Position numbers and translations under genes: made by a program. Shown piece after piece: positions 47,157-56,202 of a DNA stretch of 64,000 bases. Origin of the DNA: Verrucomicrobiia bacterium. Lineage in GTDB: Bacteria > Verrucomicrobiota > Verrucomicrobiia > Limisphaerales > UBA11358. The notes below the pieces were generated by a model, which had not been told where the DNA came from, ran no database searches, and worked only from the letters and a program-made list of their open reading frames with translations. The stretch covers positions 13,747 through 77,746 of the forward strand of contig DASYYL010000085.1 in the NCBI GenBank assembly GCA_035933915.1, in the 5' to 3' direction. Each line of letters begins with the position of its first letter. Positions within the stretch are counted from its first letter, which is position 1.

Positions 47157-48875
47157 CTATCCAAGGCTCACTTTGAGCGCGTACGCAAAGTCGCACGGTT
47201 TTGCCAATGGCTTTTTGATCGTGAGCGATTCGGCTGATTGGTGCCAATGGAGCTTATGCGGGCAGCCCAATAGTTCCACGTGCCGGACCTTGACAGATTG
47301 TGAAGCCGCGGCAAGCCCAAGATTTTTTATGACGAAATCGCCAGCGGGCCACCCCAGGAAAATCGCATAGACAATGTCTCCGTGTTTGTTGCGGGTAAAG
47401 CGGATGTCACGGGCGTCGAGCTCTCCGGTACTGTCGCCGGCGAACGAGCCTGCTTTGGCTTCGTGGGTCCCTTCGCCATAGACCGTCCAGGGACGTGTGG
47501 CATAGATGGCATCGCCATTTATCTGCATCCACTGGCCGATGGCATCCAAAACGGCTTGTTCATCGGAGTCAATGGTGCCATCGGGCCGGCCAGGAACGTT
47601 GAGAATAAATGTCGCGTTTTTGCTCACCGCATCCACCATCCAGTGAATGGCCTGAGCGGGTTTCATGTAATAATGATAGAGGAAGCGCGACCGGTTATAA
47701 TGCCAGTCGCCGATGCAGGTCTCGGATTGCCAGGAAAAAGGCATGATACGGTTGGTCACACCGCGCTCGTAATCGGCTACCACAGCCTTGGCAAGTTTGT
47801 CCGGCACACCTTTTATATTCAGGACAGCTTCCATTTTGCCGCCTCGGGTTTTAAGGTTGTGATTGTAAAAATAGGCGCCGATGTTCATCCCGGCCCAGCC
47901 CAATGGCAGTCCGGTGTTGTCAAAATAGAGCAGGTCAGGGTCATGTTGGTCAATGAGATCGCGCACGCGATCATAAAAATTCCGGACATAGGCTGCATCG
48001 GGGTTTTCGTGGATGCCGTGTTTGCGGCAATATAACTCTTGCGGGTCGTAGCCCTGCCACCACTGGCCCAGCCCGTCGGGCAATGTGAGATGGCCGTCAT
48101 ATGGGACTCCCGCCAGCGGACCGGATTTGTCGCACAGATGGGCAACCTGAAACCACCACCAGTTGCGGGCAGCGTGAACGGTGACGCCGAAACGGAGGCC
48201 TTGTTGCCGGGCGGCGGCGGCCCAGGCGCCGATTACATCACGGCGCGGACCGATATTCTGAGCGTTCCAGGCATGATGTTTCGAGTTCCAGGCATCGAAT
48301 CCGTCGTGATGATTGGCGAGGGCAAGGAACAGCCGCGCGCCGGCCCGCTTATAGCGCTCGATGAGCGCCTCAGGTTCCCAATTCAGCAAGGTCCACTGGG
48401 CGCACAGGTCTTTGTAGCCGAACTTCGAAGGATGACCGTAATGTCGAAGTTGATCGTTATATTGTCCCTGGCCCTGAATGTACATGTTCCGGGCGTACCA
48501 GTCGCTATCTTCAGGCACACACTGAGGACTCCAATGCGCCCAAATGCCGAACTTGGCGTCACGGTACCATTCGGGGACTTCGTAGTTGAGCAATGAATCC
48601 CAATCGGGTTGGTAAGGGCCTTCTCCCGCCAATCCGGGAGTCGCCGGCGCAGTCAGCGTGACGCCGTCCCAGGTGCCGGGACCTGCCTGCTGCTCAGCCG
48701 TGCCCCAGGCTTCGTTGACAACCGCATCCCAAGCGGACACGGGAAAATCGCTGGGGGACGAGGCGCCGGGAATTGCGGACGGTGCGCCCGTGGCGCGCGC
48801 AGTGGCTGAAGTCAAGGGGAGAGCCGCCCAGCCGGCGCCGGCGGCAAGAAGTTTGCAAAAATTACGTCTATGCAT
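47157..48875 (-). CDS. Alpha-L-fucosidase (GH29) with a Tat-type signal
   Basis: The signal is MHRRNFCKLLAAGAG. The segment PDWDSLLNYEVPEWYRDAKFGIWAHWSPQ matches the GH29 N-terminal signature. Confidence 0.9.
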   Translation of the reverse strand: MHRRNFCKLLAAGAGWAALPLTSATARATGAPSAIPGASSPSDFPVSAWDAVVNEAWGTAEQQAGPGTWDGVTLTAPATPGLAGEGPYQPDWDSLLNYEVPEWYRDAKFGIWAHWSPQCVPEDSDWYARNMYIQGQGQYNDQLRHYGHPSKFGYKDLCAQWTLLNWEPEALIERYKRAGARLFLALANHHDGFDAWNSKHHAWNAQNIGPRRDVIGAWAAAARQQGLRFGVTVHAARNWWWFQVAHLCDKSGPLAGVPYDGHLTLPDGLGQWWQGYDPQELYCRKHGIHENPDAAYVRNFYDRVRDLIDQHDPDLLYFDNTGLPLGWAGMNIGAYFYNHNLKTRGGKMEAVLNIKGVPDKLAKAVVADYERGVTNRIMPFSWQSETCIGDWHYNRSRFLYHYYMKPAQAIHWMVDAVSKNATFILNVPGRPDGTIDSDEQAVLDAIGQWMQINGDAIYATRPWTVYGEGTHEAKAGSFAGDSTGELDARDIRFTRNKHGDIVYAIFLGWPAGDFVIKNLGLAAASQSVKVRHVELLGCPHKLHWHQSAESLTIKKPLAKPCDFAYALKVSLG

Positions 48876-48920
48876 GGCTGATTGTTTTATTGGTTGTTGT
48901 TTCAGGGTTTTCGTTTCGAA

Positions 48921-49745
48921 TCAAAATCCGCGCAGGTCTGTGCTGGATCGTTTTGGCAGGCCCTCCGCCGGGGCGCGTTGAAGCACAAGATATTCAATGC
49001 CCATCTTTCGGCAATACTCGCGCTTGCCGCCTTTGTCACCGTCTTCGTTGACCGCGTATATGTCCGGTTTTAACCGCCTGATTTCCGGATCGGCGTCCAG
49101 CCAGCCTTCCCCGCTTGAAATGAGCGCCTGTTTTACGTATTTAATCGAGCCGACGGCATAGCGCCGCTCTTCCTGGGGAAAGAGTGGATGCCCCTTACCC
49201 TTGAGCAATCGGATGTTTGCGTCATGCCCGACAATAATGTACAAGTCACCGTAAGCGGATATCTCCTCACAAAAACGGACGTGCCCGGAGTGAAGCCAGT
49301 CGTAACATCCGGTGGCCACCACTTTCTTTCGCTCCGGCGCCGAGGGCGATGGAATCAGTTCGGGGAAGCCATCCAATTCTTCGCTTTTCAACACGTGGTA
49401 AAGCATATTTTGATCGCGGCAGAAGTTCTCCCGCCTGGCGTTAGTGCACGGGTGAATGTCGGCCCAAATTTCCGGACGCCACCCTGGAATTTCGGGAAGC
49501 GAATCCGGCGTAGCGTGGCCAAATGGCATTACGCGACCAACATACCGGATGGCACTGAGAACATATTTTCGCTCGGCCACAGAAAATTTTGGCGGCTTGC
49601 CGGTGAAGCGCTCGATCTCCTGATCACTCCACAACAGTATTGTCAGTTCACCGAGCCTGGCTGCCTCTTCAAGAAAGCGCAGGTCCCTCGACCGGATGTC
49701 GTCGAACGCGCCACAGACAACAATTTGTTTGGCAGAATTTGTCAC
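48921..49745 (-). CDS. Tandem cytidylyltransferase-like protein (degenerate N-terminal module, intact C-terminal HxGH module)
   Basis: Module 1 (VVCGAFDDIRSRDLRFLEEA) lacks HxGH. Module 2 (VVATGCYDWLHSGHVRFCEE) has it. Confidence 0.75.
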   Translation of the reverse strand: MTNSAKQIVVCGAFDDIRSRDLRFLEEAARLGELTILLWSDQEIERFTGKPPKFSVAERKYVLSAIRYVGRVMPFGHATPDSLPEIPGWRPEIWADIHPCTNARRENFCRDQNMLYHVLKSEELDGFPELIPSPSAPERKKVVATGCYDWLHSGHVRFCEEISAYGDLYIIVGHDANIRLLKGKGHPLFPQEERRYAVGSIKYVKQALISSGEGWLDADPEIRRLKPDIYAVNEDGDKGGKREYCRKMGIEYLVLQRAPAEGLPKRSSTDLRGF

Positions 49746-49751
49746 GTTCTT

Positions 49752-50540
49752 TTATTGCATGGTAACGGTAACTTCAAAAGCGCCGGGAACCGGCTGGTCA
49801 GAAACGACGACCAAATATCCGCCGCCGCAACCGGAATACATCGCCCCTAAATACTGCCTTTGATAGGCCCGGAGCAGAGCAATCAAGTCAATACGAATTA
49901 ATGGGTGCCGGACGACACCGGGCAGGAGCCTTTCCCAGCACTCCATATTTAAGTTAAGCGACCTGCCCAAAGCCATGGCATCCCTCCTCACAATGGCTGT
50001 GAAACAGTCTTTGCCAGCCTGGCTAAGCCTGGCCACCCATCGAGGATCGAGATTCTTTTTACCTAGAGGGCTATATCCCTCTGGCCGCGGTTCAACAGGA
50101 ATCAAGTGAAGAATCTTCTCCAGCCAACGTGCCACCGCCGGGTGAGTACATGATTCAATGTGAATGGGAAATATTCCTCCTTCATGGTCAAAGTCATAAT
50201 CCAGACGGTTGATCCCCGGATAAATCAACCCGATCATGTCCTGTGAGCCGCTTGGATCGGCTTTTCCTTTATTTTCTGCCGCGTACAACTCGCGCACCAG
50301 TTGCTCTCGCGGCCGGTCAGGAATCTTCCCCTTCCAGAGTTTCATAGCGATTTCACGGGTTCCGCTGGCCATGCCCGAACGGTCCATCGGTCGGAAATCG
50401 GGCTCAATCTGCACCACCACCATTGAGCCCGGCGGTTTCGGATTACATTGAGAGACAAATGGCTGGTCAATCCATCCACCGGCAAGTTGTAAACGATAGG
50501 GAATTTCCCCAAGGTATTTGGCGAGAGGGGAAGGTTTCAT
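49752..50540 (-). CDS. GHMP-kinase-like sugar kinase (fucokinase-like)
   Basis: RSGMASGTR resembles GHMP motif II and SGCGGGYLVVV resembles motif III. The start at MKPSPL overlaps the epimerase stop (TAATG). Confidence 0.6.
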   Translation of the reverse strand: MKPSPLAKYLGEIPYRLQLAGGWIDQPFVSQCNPKPPGSMVVVQIEPDFRPMDRSGMASGTREIAMKLWKGKIPDRPREQLVRELYAAENKGKADPSGSQDMIGLIYPGINRLDYDFDHEGGIFPIHIESCTHPAVARWLEKILHLIPVEPRPEGYSPLGKKNLDPRWVARLSQAGKDCFTAIVRRDAMALGRSLNLNMECWERLLPGVVRHPLIRIDLIALLRAYQRQYLGAMYSGCGGGYLVVVSDQPVPGAFEVTVTMQ

Positions 50541-51592
50541 TAGCCTGTCCCGATACGCTGGCCGGCCTTGCGCTTTTGATATTGTTTCTTGATCCACTTG
50601 TAGGTTACAGCCAAACCTTTATCCAGAGAAGTGATTGGTTCCCATTGCAGGACTTTTTTGATAAACGTATTATCCGAATTGCGACCCGCCACCCCTGTGG
50701 GAGCGTCCAATTCGTATTTGCGGTTCATCTTCAGGCCGGCAATCTTTTCTATTCGGGCCAGCAGTTCATTGATAGAAACCAATTCGCTCGAACCAAGATT
50801 AATCGGTGTGGCAATCAATTGGTCACTGTGCATGATCAGGTCAATCCCCTTCACGCAGTCGTCTATATACATGAAGCTCCGCGTCTGGCGCCCGTCGCCC
50901 CAAATCGTGACGTTTGTGTCACCCGTTTCCTGGGCCTCGATAACCTTGCGGCAGAGCGCCGCCGGCGCCTTTTCACGGCCGCCGTCCCAGGTGCCGTGCG
51001 GCCCATAGACATTGTGGAATCGCGCAATGAACGTCTTCATACCCCGTTCATGCCAGTATTCCTGGCAGAACATTTCACTCATTAACTTCTCCCAGCCGTA
51101 ACCGCGCTCGGCCATTGCCGGATAGGCATCGGTTTCCTTCAACGCGCGGACGTTGGGATCCTGCTGCAGCAGGGTATTATAAGCGCAGGCAGAACTGGAG
51201 AAGAAGTAGCGGCGGGTGCCAGCCCGGTAAGCCGCCTCCAGCATGTGCGTATTGATTAGAATCGAGCGAAGGCATTCTACCCGAAATCGTTCGATGAAAC
51301 CCATTCCACCCATATCCGCGGCCAGATTGTAAACTTCCACCGCGCCTTCGCAGGCCCGGCGGCAATTGTCTTCGCAGCTTACGTCCAGGCACAGGTCCTG
51401 CACGCCCGGCACATTCAGATACCACTGGTATAACGGCTTTTTATCGACTGCGCGAATATTGGTGAATCCTCTATGCCTGAAATACAAAGCCAGATTGCCC
51501 GCAATAAAGCCTCCCGCGCCAGTGATGACAATTAAATCGTCCTTTTTAAGCGGAGCATCTTTTTCGACCATTCGTTTTCGTTTTGGCATCAA
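50540..51592 (-). CDS. NAD-dependent epimerase, GDP-mannose 3,5-epimerase-like
   Basis: The motifs are ITGAGGFIAGNL, NLAADMGGMGFI, SSSACAYN, YGWEKL and RFHNVYGPHGTWDGGREKAPAALCRK. They closely follow the GME pattern, recalled from plant and bacterial GME sequences. Confidence 0.78.
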   Translation of the reverse strand: MMPKRKRMVEKDAPLKKDDLIVITGAGGFIAGNLALYFRHRGFTNIRAVDKKPLYQWYLNVPGVQDLCLDVSCEDNCRRACEGAVEVYNLAADMGGMGFIERFRVECLRSILINTHMLEAAYRAGTRRYFFSSSACAYNTLLQQDPNVRALKETDAYPAMAERGYGWEKLMSEMFCQEYWHERGMKTFIARFHNVYGPHGTWDGGREKAPAALCRKVIEAQETGDTNVTIWGDGRQTRSFMYIDDCVKGIDLIMHSDQLIATPINLGSSELVSINELLARIEKIAGLKMNRKYELDAPTGVAGRNSDNTFIKKVLQWEPITSLDKGLAVTYKWIKKQYQKRKAGQRIGTG

Positions 51593-51657
51593 TGGACTTT
51601 TTTGGTTTATCGATTTAATATGGTATTAACAAATAGCAATGGAACAGCGCGGCGGGA

Positions 51658-52578
51658 ATGGCTATCGTTGACCGGAAGCTGGATATTATTGACTTTATGG
51701 TGAAACGGCGGCGCCTTTCGCAAGTGGCGGACAGTCCGCCGGCATTTTTTTCCGCGGACGTGTCCGCGGCACGGCGATTTTACCTCAACCTCAACCCGCC
51801 GCGAAACCAAAAGCTGGCGGTCGTATGCGGCGGAGTCGAACATTGCACGGCTGATTATGCGATTCATCGAAACGACTTTCCTTTTTATTCAATAGAGTAC
51901 GTGGCCAGTGGCAGCGGTGAGTTGAAGCTTAAAGGCCGCGCGTACCTTCTGCAACCTGGCCGGGTTTTCTCCTATGGACCGGGGGTGGCTCATGACATCA
52001 GTGGCAACCCGGCTGCGCCGTTGGTAAAGTATTTTGTGGATTTTGCGGGGCGACAGGCGCCCAGCCTGCTGCGGTCATGCGCTTTGGCCGCGGGACAAAT
52101 CATCCAACTGTTTCCGCCCTACATCCTGTCATCGCTGTTTGACGAACTGATTCAAAGCGGCAGCGGTGGCGCACGAAATCGAGCTCTGAGCGCAAAACTA
52201 TTAGAATGTCTCGTGTTGAAGATCGCAGCGGCCACGGCCTCTTTGGAAGCGGCGGAGAGCCTGGCCTTTGATACTTACCAGCAATGCCGCCGCCACATGG
52301 AAGAGCATTATGCGCGGCTGCAGACCCTGGAAGAAATCGCCAGGGATTGTCATGCGAACAAGGCGTACCTTTGTCGCTTGTTTCAGCGTTTTGACCGCCA
52401 GAGCCCATACCAATATTTATTGGGGCTCAAAATGAATAAGGCGGCCGAGCGACTGCAAGAGGGGATATTGGTCAAACAGGCGGCGCAAGATGTGGGCTTT
52501 GACGATCCGTTTCATTTCTCGCGTGTATTCCGTAGAACGCTGGGCGTTTCTCCATCGGCGTTTCGCAGATTGCGATAA
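51658..52578 (+). CDS. AraC-family transcriptional regulator (cupin sensor plus HTH)
   Basis: The C-terminal segment YLLGLKMNKAAERL...VGFDDPFHFSRVFRRTLGVSPSAFR matches the AraC HTH. Confidence 0.88.
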   Translation: MAIVDRKLDIIDFMVKRRRLSQVADSPPAFFSADVSAARRFYLNLNPPRNQKLAVVCGGVEHCTADYAIHRNDFPFYSIEYVASGSGELKLKGRAYLLQPGRVFSYGPGVAHDISGNPAAPLVKYFVDFAGRQAPSLLRSCALAAGQIIQLFPPYILSSLFDELIQSGSGGARNRALSAKLLECLVLKIAAATASLEAAESLAFDTYQQCRRHMEEHYARLQTLEEIARDCHANKAYLCRLFQRFDRQSPYQYLLGLKMNKAAERLQEGILVKQAAQDVGFDDPFHFSRVFRRTLGVSPSAFRRLR

Positions 52579-52625
52579 GAATGGTCTCCGAAGCAGGGCG
52601 GGCGCTTGAAAAATCGCGTCGATTG

Positions 52626-54215
52626 TCATTGACGCGGCTCGAGCGTGAGCAAGACAACGTCGTTTTCGCGCAACACAAACTGCCGGCTGAAATTTCCATC
52701 ATGACCGATTTTGACGGTGCCAACCTCGCTCGGCATGCCGCCGTTATTGGATTTTATTTCAGCAACTTGCGCCCTGCTCAGCTGGGCGGGCGAACCTAAA
52801 TCAAGGTACGTGTCATAGGCATCGTTGACCCAGTACCCGATTTTGTAAATTCGCATGATATATTTGCCCCCGCGCACGTGGGACAGGTCGAGGGTGACTT
52901 CATATTTGGATTTGGAGGGCAAGTCGCGTTTGTAGAAGACCTGGTTGATCATGTTGGTCTGAGGAAAGATATTGCTAAAATCCCACATCAATGCCTGAAT
53001 GTCGCCGCGGGTGTCCTTGCAAATCCACGAGGAGGGATCGCTGTTCCTTAATTCAATGGGTCCAAGCCGGTTCAGGAATTGATAAGCATAGAAAGCCGGC
53101 TTTTTGATATCCTCATAGTTAATGAGACCGAAGCCGCCATGAAACGCCTCCCACCGCGGGCCGGACTCCTCAAATATGTCGGTGAACGTCCAATAAGACA
53201 TGGCTTGCGCGGCATCCCCGCAATTTTTGATTTTGTCCAAAATGTAAGCCGCGCTCAGGTAGCTGTCGTGAAATGGATCCGTCGGCGTATAGGAACTACT
53301 CCACTCGGTAAAATAAAGTTGTAGTCTCGGCATCGCCGATTCGGCAATTTCCTGGCGGACCCGTCTCACATCGCCCCAAATAGAATCGGGATTGCGGGAA
53401 AGTGCCGTGCCTGAAGTGCCGGTTGCGTCGAGGTAACCGCTTTCCACGCCATAGGTGTGGGTGGAAATGAAATCCACCGGCGCGTGGTCGGTTTCGCAGA
53501 AATGGATGAACCCGGGCACCCAGCCGCAACCGGCTGTCGCCGGGCCGCCGACTTTATAATCGGGGGATACGCTTTTAATTGCGCGGGCCGTAGCGGCATA
53601 AAAGTCGAAATACTGCTGTTGGGTGCCGGTCCAGAATCCATTTTTCAGGTTCGGTTCGTTCCAAACCTCGAAATACCAGGTACGCACCTCGGTGTCACCG
53701 TAACGCTCCCGCTCGTGGAGGACGAATGCGCGAACGAAATTGGCCCATTTTTCCATATCTTTGGGCGGAGTCACGTTACCCCTATACCAAAAAATCGTTT
53801 TGGAACCGCTGGCCAGCGCGTCGGGCATGAAGCTCAGCTCCACAAACGGCTTCATGTGGATGCTTTCAAGGAAATCATAAAGCTGGTCAATGTATTGCCA
53901 GTTGTATTCCGGGTCGCCATGGCTGTCTTCGCGGTAAACTCCCATATCGTCATCAAACAAGCCGTGCATGCGGATGTATTTAAAGCCGCATTCGCGATGG
54001 GCGCAGGTTAGTTGGCGCTGCCAATCGGCGCGCAGGCCCTCGTTCGCGCGACCGGCACCGACGCAGAAATTGAACATGGTATCCAGCGCGCCGTTAGTCT
54101 GCCAGAGATCGGCGGAAATCAGCCGTTGCGTGAGGCCGGCCGGGCTGCCGAATAGTTTGCCGTTGAAAAATGCAGTGGCGAGAACAGCGGCCAAACAAAC
54201 CATTTTCCATTTCAT
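52626..54215 (-). CDS. GH39-family glycoside hydrolase (beta-xylosidase-like)
   Basis: The motifs are YIRMHGLFDDDMGVY, KPFVELSFMP and YFEVWNEPNL (acid/base Glu context). The start was chosen at MKWKMV, which begins a signal peptide. Confidence 0.85.
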   Translation of the reverse strand: MKWKMVCLAAVLATAFFNGKLFGSPAGLTQRLISADLWQTNGALDTMFNFCVGAGRANEGLRADWQRQLTCAHRECGFKYIRMHGLFDDDMGVYREDSHGDPEYNWQYIDQLYDFLESIHMKPFVELSFMPDALASGSKTIFWYRGNVTPPKDMEKWANFVRAFVLHERERYGDTEVRTWYFEVWNEPNLKNGFWTGTQQQYFDFYAATARAIKSVSPDYKVGGPATAGCGWVPGFIHFCETDHAPVDFISTHTYGVESGYLDATGTSGTALSRNPDSIWGDVRRVRQEIAESAMPRLQLYFTEWSSSYTPTDPFHDSYLSAAYILDKIKNCGDAAQAMSYWTFTDIFEESGPRWEAFHGGFGLINYEDIKKPAFYAYQFLNRLGPIELRNSDPSSWICKDTRGDIQALMWDFSNIFPQTNMINQVFYKRDLPSKSKYEVTLDLSHVRGGKYIMRIYKIGYWVNDAYDTYLDLGSPAQLSRAQVAEIKSNNGGMPSEVGTVKIGHDGNFSRQFVLRENDVVLLTLEPRQ

Positions 54216-54283
54216 ATCGACTCTTCGCGTTTTAAAAACAACAGTTCGATTGCCGCCACTTGGGTGTTCACAATTAGCGAGTT

Positions 54284-56200
54284 TCACCGGTCGGATGCGC
54301 TGGTGTTTTCGCGAGTATTTTCCAACGCAAAAGCCATGTAACTATGCGGCGGCAGATGCGCTTTAAATGAGATGCGGTCCTCAACGATTTCATCCCGGCG
54401 GTTCCACCAGTTACGGGACGGCGTCGATCTTCCATCGAGCGTTTCGCCCGTGACAAGATTCTTTAGTTGAGTCGCGTTTCCCAGCGTGGATATTTTCACG
54501 TCAGCCGCGGCGTCTGAATAATTTTGTACAATGAACGTGCCGTTGTCATACGCGATCAGGGCCACCCGCGCCGGGCCGTCCACGCACACAGGAAAACCGC
54601 GCATAATGTAACTTTTGATGGCCGTAATCACTTCGGGCGGCAGGGCGTAAAGGTCGCTGAAATTGTCGGGCATCGTCCAGATATAAAGCACTCCCTTGGA
54701 ATAGCGATTCATTAAAAGCAGAGGAAAGCTATTTCCATTGGCCTCAGCCCGGACCAGCGCCCAGGAATCGTTCGTGAGAAAATCGATTTCGGGAAACAGT
54801 ACGTCGGAGTTGGTCCGGCCATCGAGCGTGGAAAAATCGCCCGCGCCGTAACCGCCAGCGTATTTATGAGCAAGGAATTTTTGGTCCGTCCAGCGAGTAG
54901 TCGCGATGTCGCCGAGCCCGTGGTCCTGTAACGCCCGCAACAAACCCGACGTGATTACCACGGATTTGCCCGCGCGAAGCTGGGCTTTGACTTTGGCGAC
55001 GATATCGGGATCGAATTTTGCCTGCTCTGTCAGAAGCACCATGTCGGCGTTGGTAGGAAAATAAGGATACATTTCTATCGGGGTTCCGATCATACCCATG
55101 TAATTCTGAAGAAAATCTTCGCCACTGGATTGGCGGGGCTTGTAACTGGCGATGCCAATTGGATTTCCAAGCTTGCCAAGGAATGCATCTGCCTGCCTAA
55201 GCGAATAATTGGCAATGCTGGCCCAGGTTGGAGTGGAAATGTCGTTTGTGGCCGTGCGGAGATTAAAGCTGGTGTCCGAATCTTCCCAGCCGGCACGGTC
55301 GCCGGCTTCGAAAGGTTGTGTCAGGGCCGACCACTCAAAGAGAGTGATTTCCGGGGCCTTGGCGAATAAAGTGTCCCACAATTGCTCGGCGTACCGGTCA
55401 ATATACCGGAGGCTGTAGGTATCCACCCACCCGCCGCCGTTGCGTCCTGGAGCGATGTTCGCAAAATAACGGAGAATTTCGTAGCTTTCATATTGCTGCA
55501 AGTGTTGGCCCGTAATGGCCGGATCGCGGGTTTCCGTGCCAGTATAAATGCCGTCGAAAAGCTGAGGCTCGCGATCAAGGTCATAGCCGAGGCCTTGAAA
55601 ATGCTCGTACCAGTTCGGGAATTTAACCATGAGCTTGACCTGGGGATTTACGGCCCGCGCGGGCTTGATGATCAGGTTTTCCGCCGCGTCATCCATGACT
55701 GCCAGCCGGTATTGCGCCCAGGTTCTGTCGCCCTTCGCGGCAATGTCGGAATCATTCCTCGTCGTTGTGAAAAAGAAGTCGTCCTGGATAATTTCATTAA
55801 AATGCCGCGCTGCCAATTGAGCCGCGCTCTGAATAAAGGCCCGGTCCATGGGATCGGTATAGCAAAACGATCTGAATTGGCCGCCGACGCTGCCATCGGA
55901 TAACGCCATGCCGCCGGCGACGCGCACACCCCGGTCAAGAAAGAAATGTTTGACCCGGTTGAGCAGGTCATCACTATTGGTTTCCCGGTTGCGTTGGACT
56001 TCAATATAAACTTTATCAACCTTCAACTGCCTGTTGATCGTGTCCCATTGATCGCTCAGAATTTCCGGATCTTCAAAGCTATGCACAATATTGACGGGAA
56101 TGTAAACCGCGACGGCAAAATTGGTGTAGTTTCCGCCGCAGCAGAACAGCGGCAACCAGAACAGCGCGACGGCAAACGCCAATAAGTTTTTCCAGTTCAT
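54284..56200 (-). CDS. Hypothetical secreted protein in a GH cluster
   Basis: A signal peptide (MNWKNLLAFAVALFWLPLFCCG) is present. The 638-aa ORF has no recognised domain. Confidence 0.55.
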   Translation of the reverse strand: MNWKNLLAFAVALFWLPLFCCGGNYTNFAVAVYIPVNIVHSFEDPEILSDQWDTINRQLKVDKVYIEVQRNRETNSDDLLNRVKHFFLDRGVRVAGGMALSDGSVGGQFRSFCYTDPMDRAFIQSAAQLAARHFNEIIQDDFFFTTTRNDSDIAAKGDRTWAQYRLAVMDDAAENLIIKPARAVNPQVKLMVKFPNWYEHFQGLGYDLDREPQLFDGIYTGTETRDPAITGQHLQQYESYEILRYFANIAPGRNGGGWVDTYSLRYIDRYAEQLWDTLFAKAPEITLFEWSALTQPFEAGDRAGWEDSDTSFNLRTATNDISTPTWASIANYSLRQADAFLGKLGNPIGIASYKPRQSSGEDFLQNYMGMIGTPIEMYPYFPTNADMVLLTEQAKFDPDIVAKVKAQLRAGKSVVITSGLLRALQDHGLGDIATTRWTDQKFLAHKYAGGYGAGDFSTLDGRTNSDVLFPEIDFLTNDSWALVRAEANGNSFPLLLMNRYSKGVLYIWTMPDNFSDLYALPPEVITAIKSYIMRGFPVCVDGPARVALIAYDNGTFIVQNYSDAAADVKISTLGNATQLKNLVTGETLDGRSTPSRNWWNRRDEIVEDRISFKAHLPPHSYMAFALENTRENTSASDR

Positions 56201-56202
56201 TC

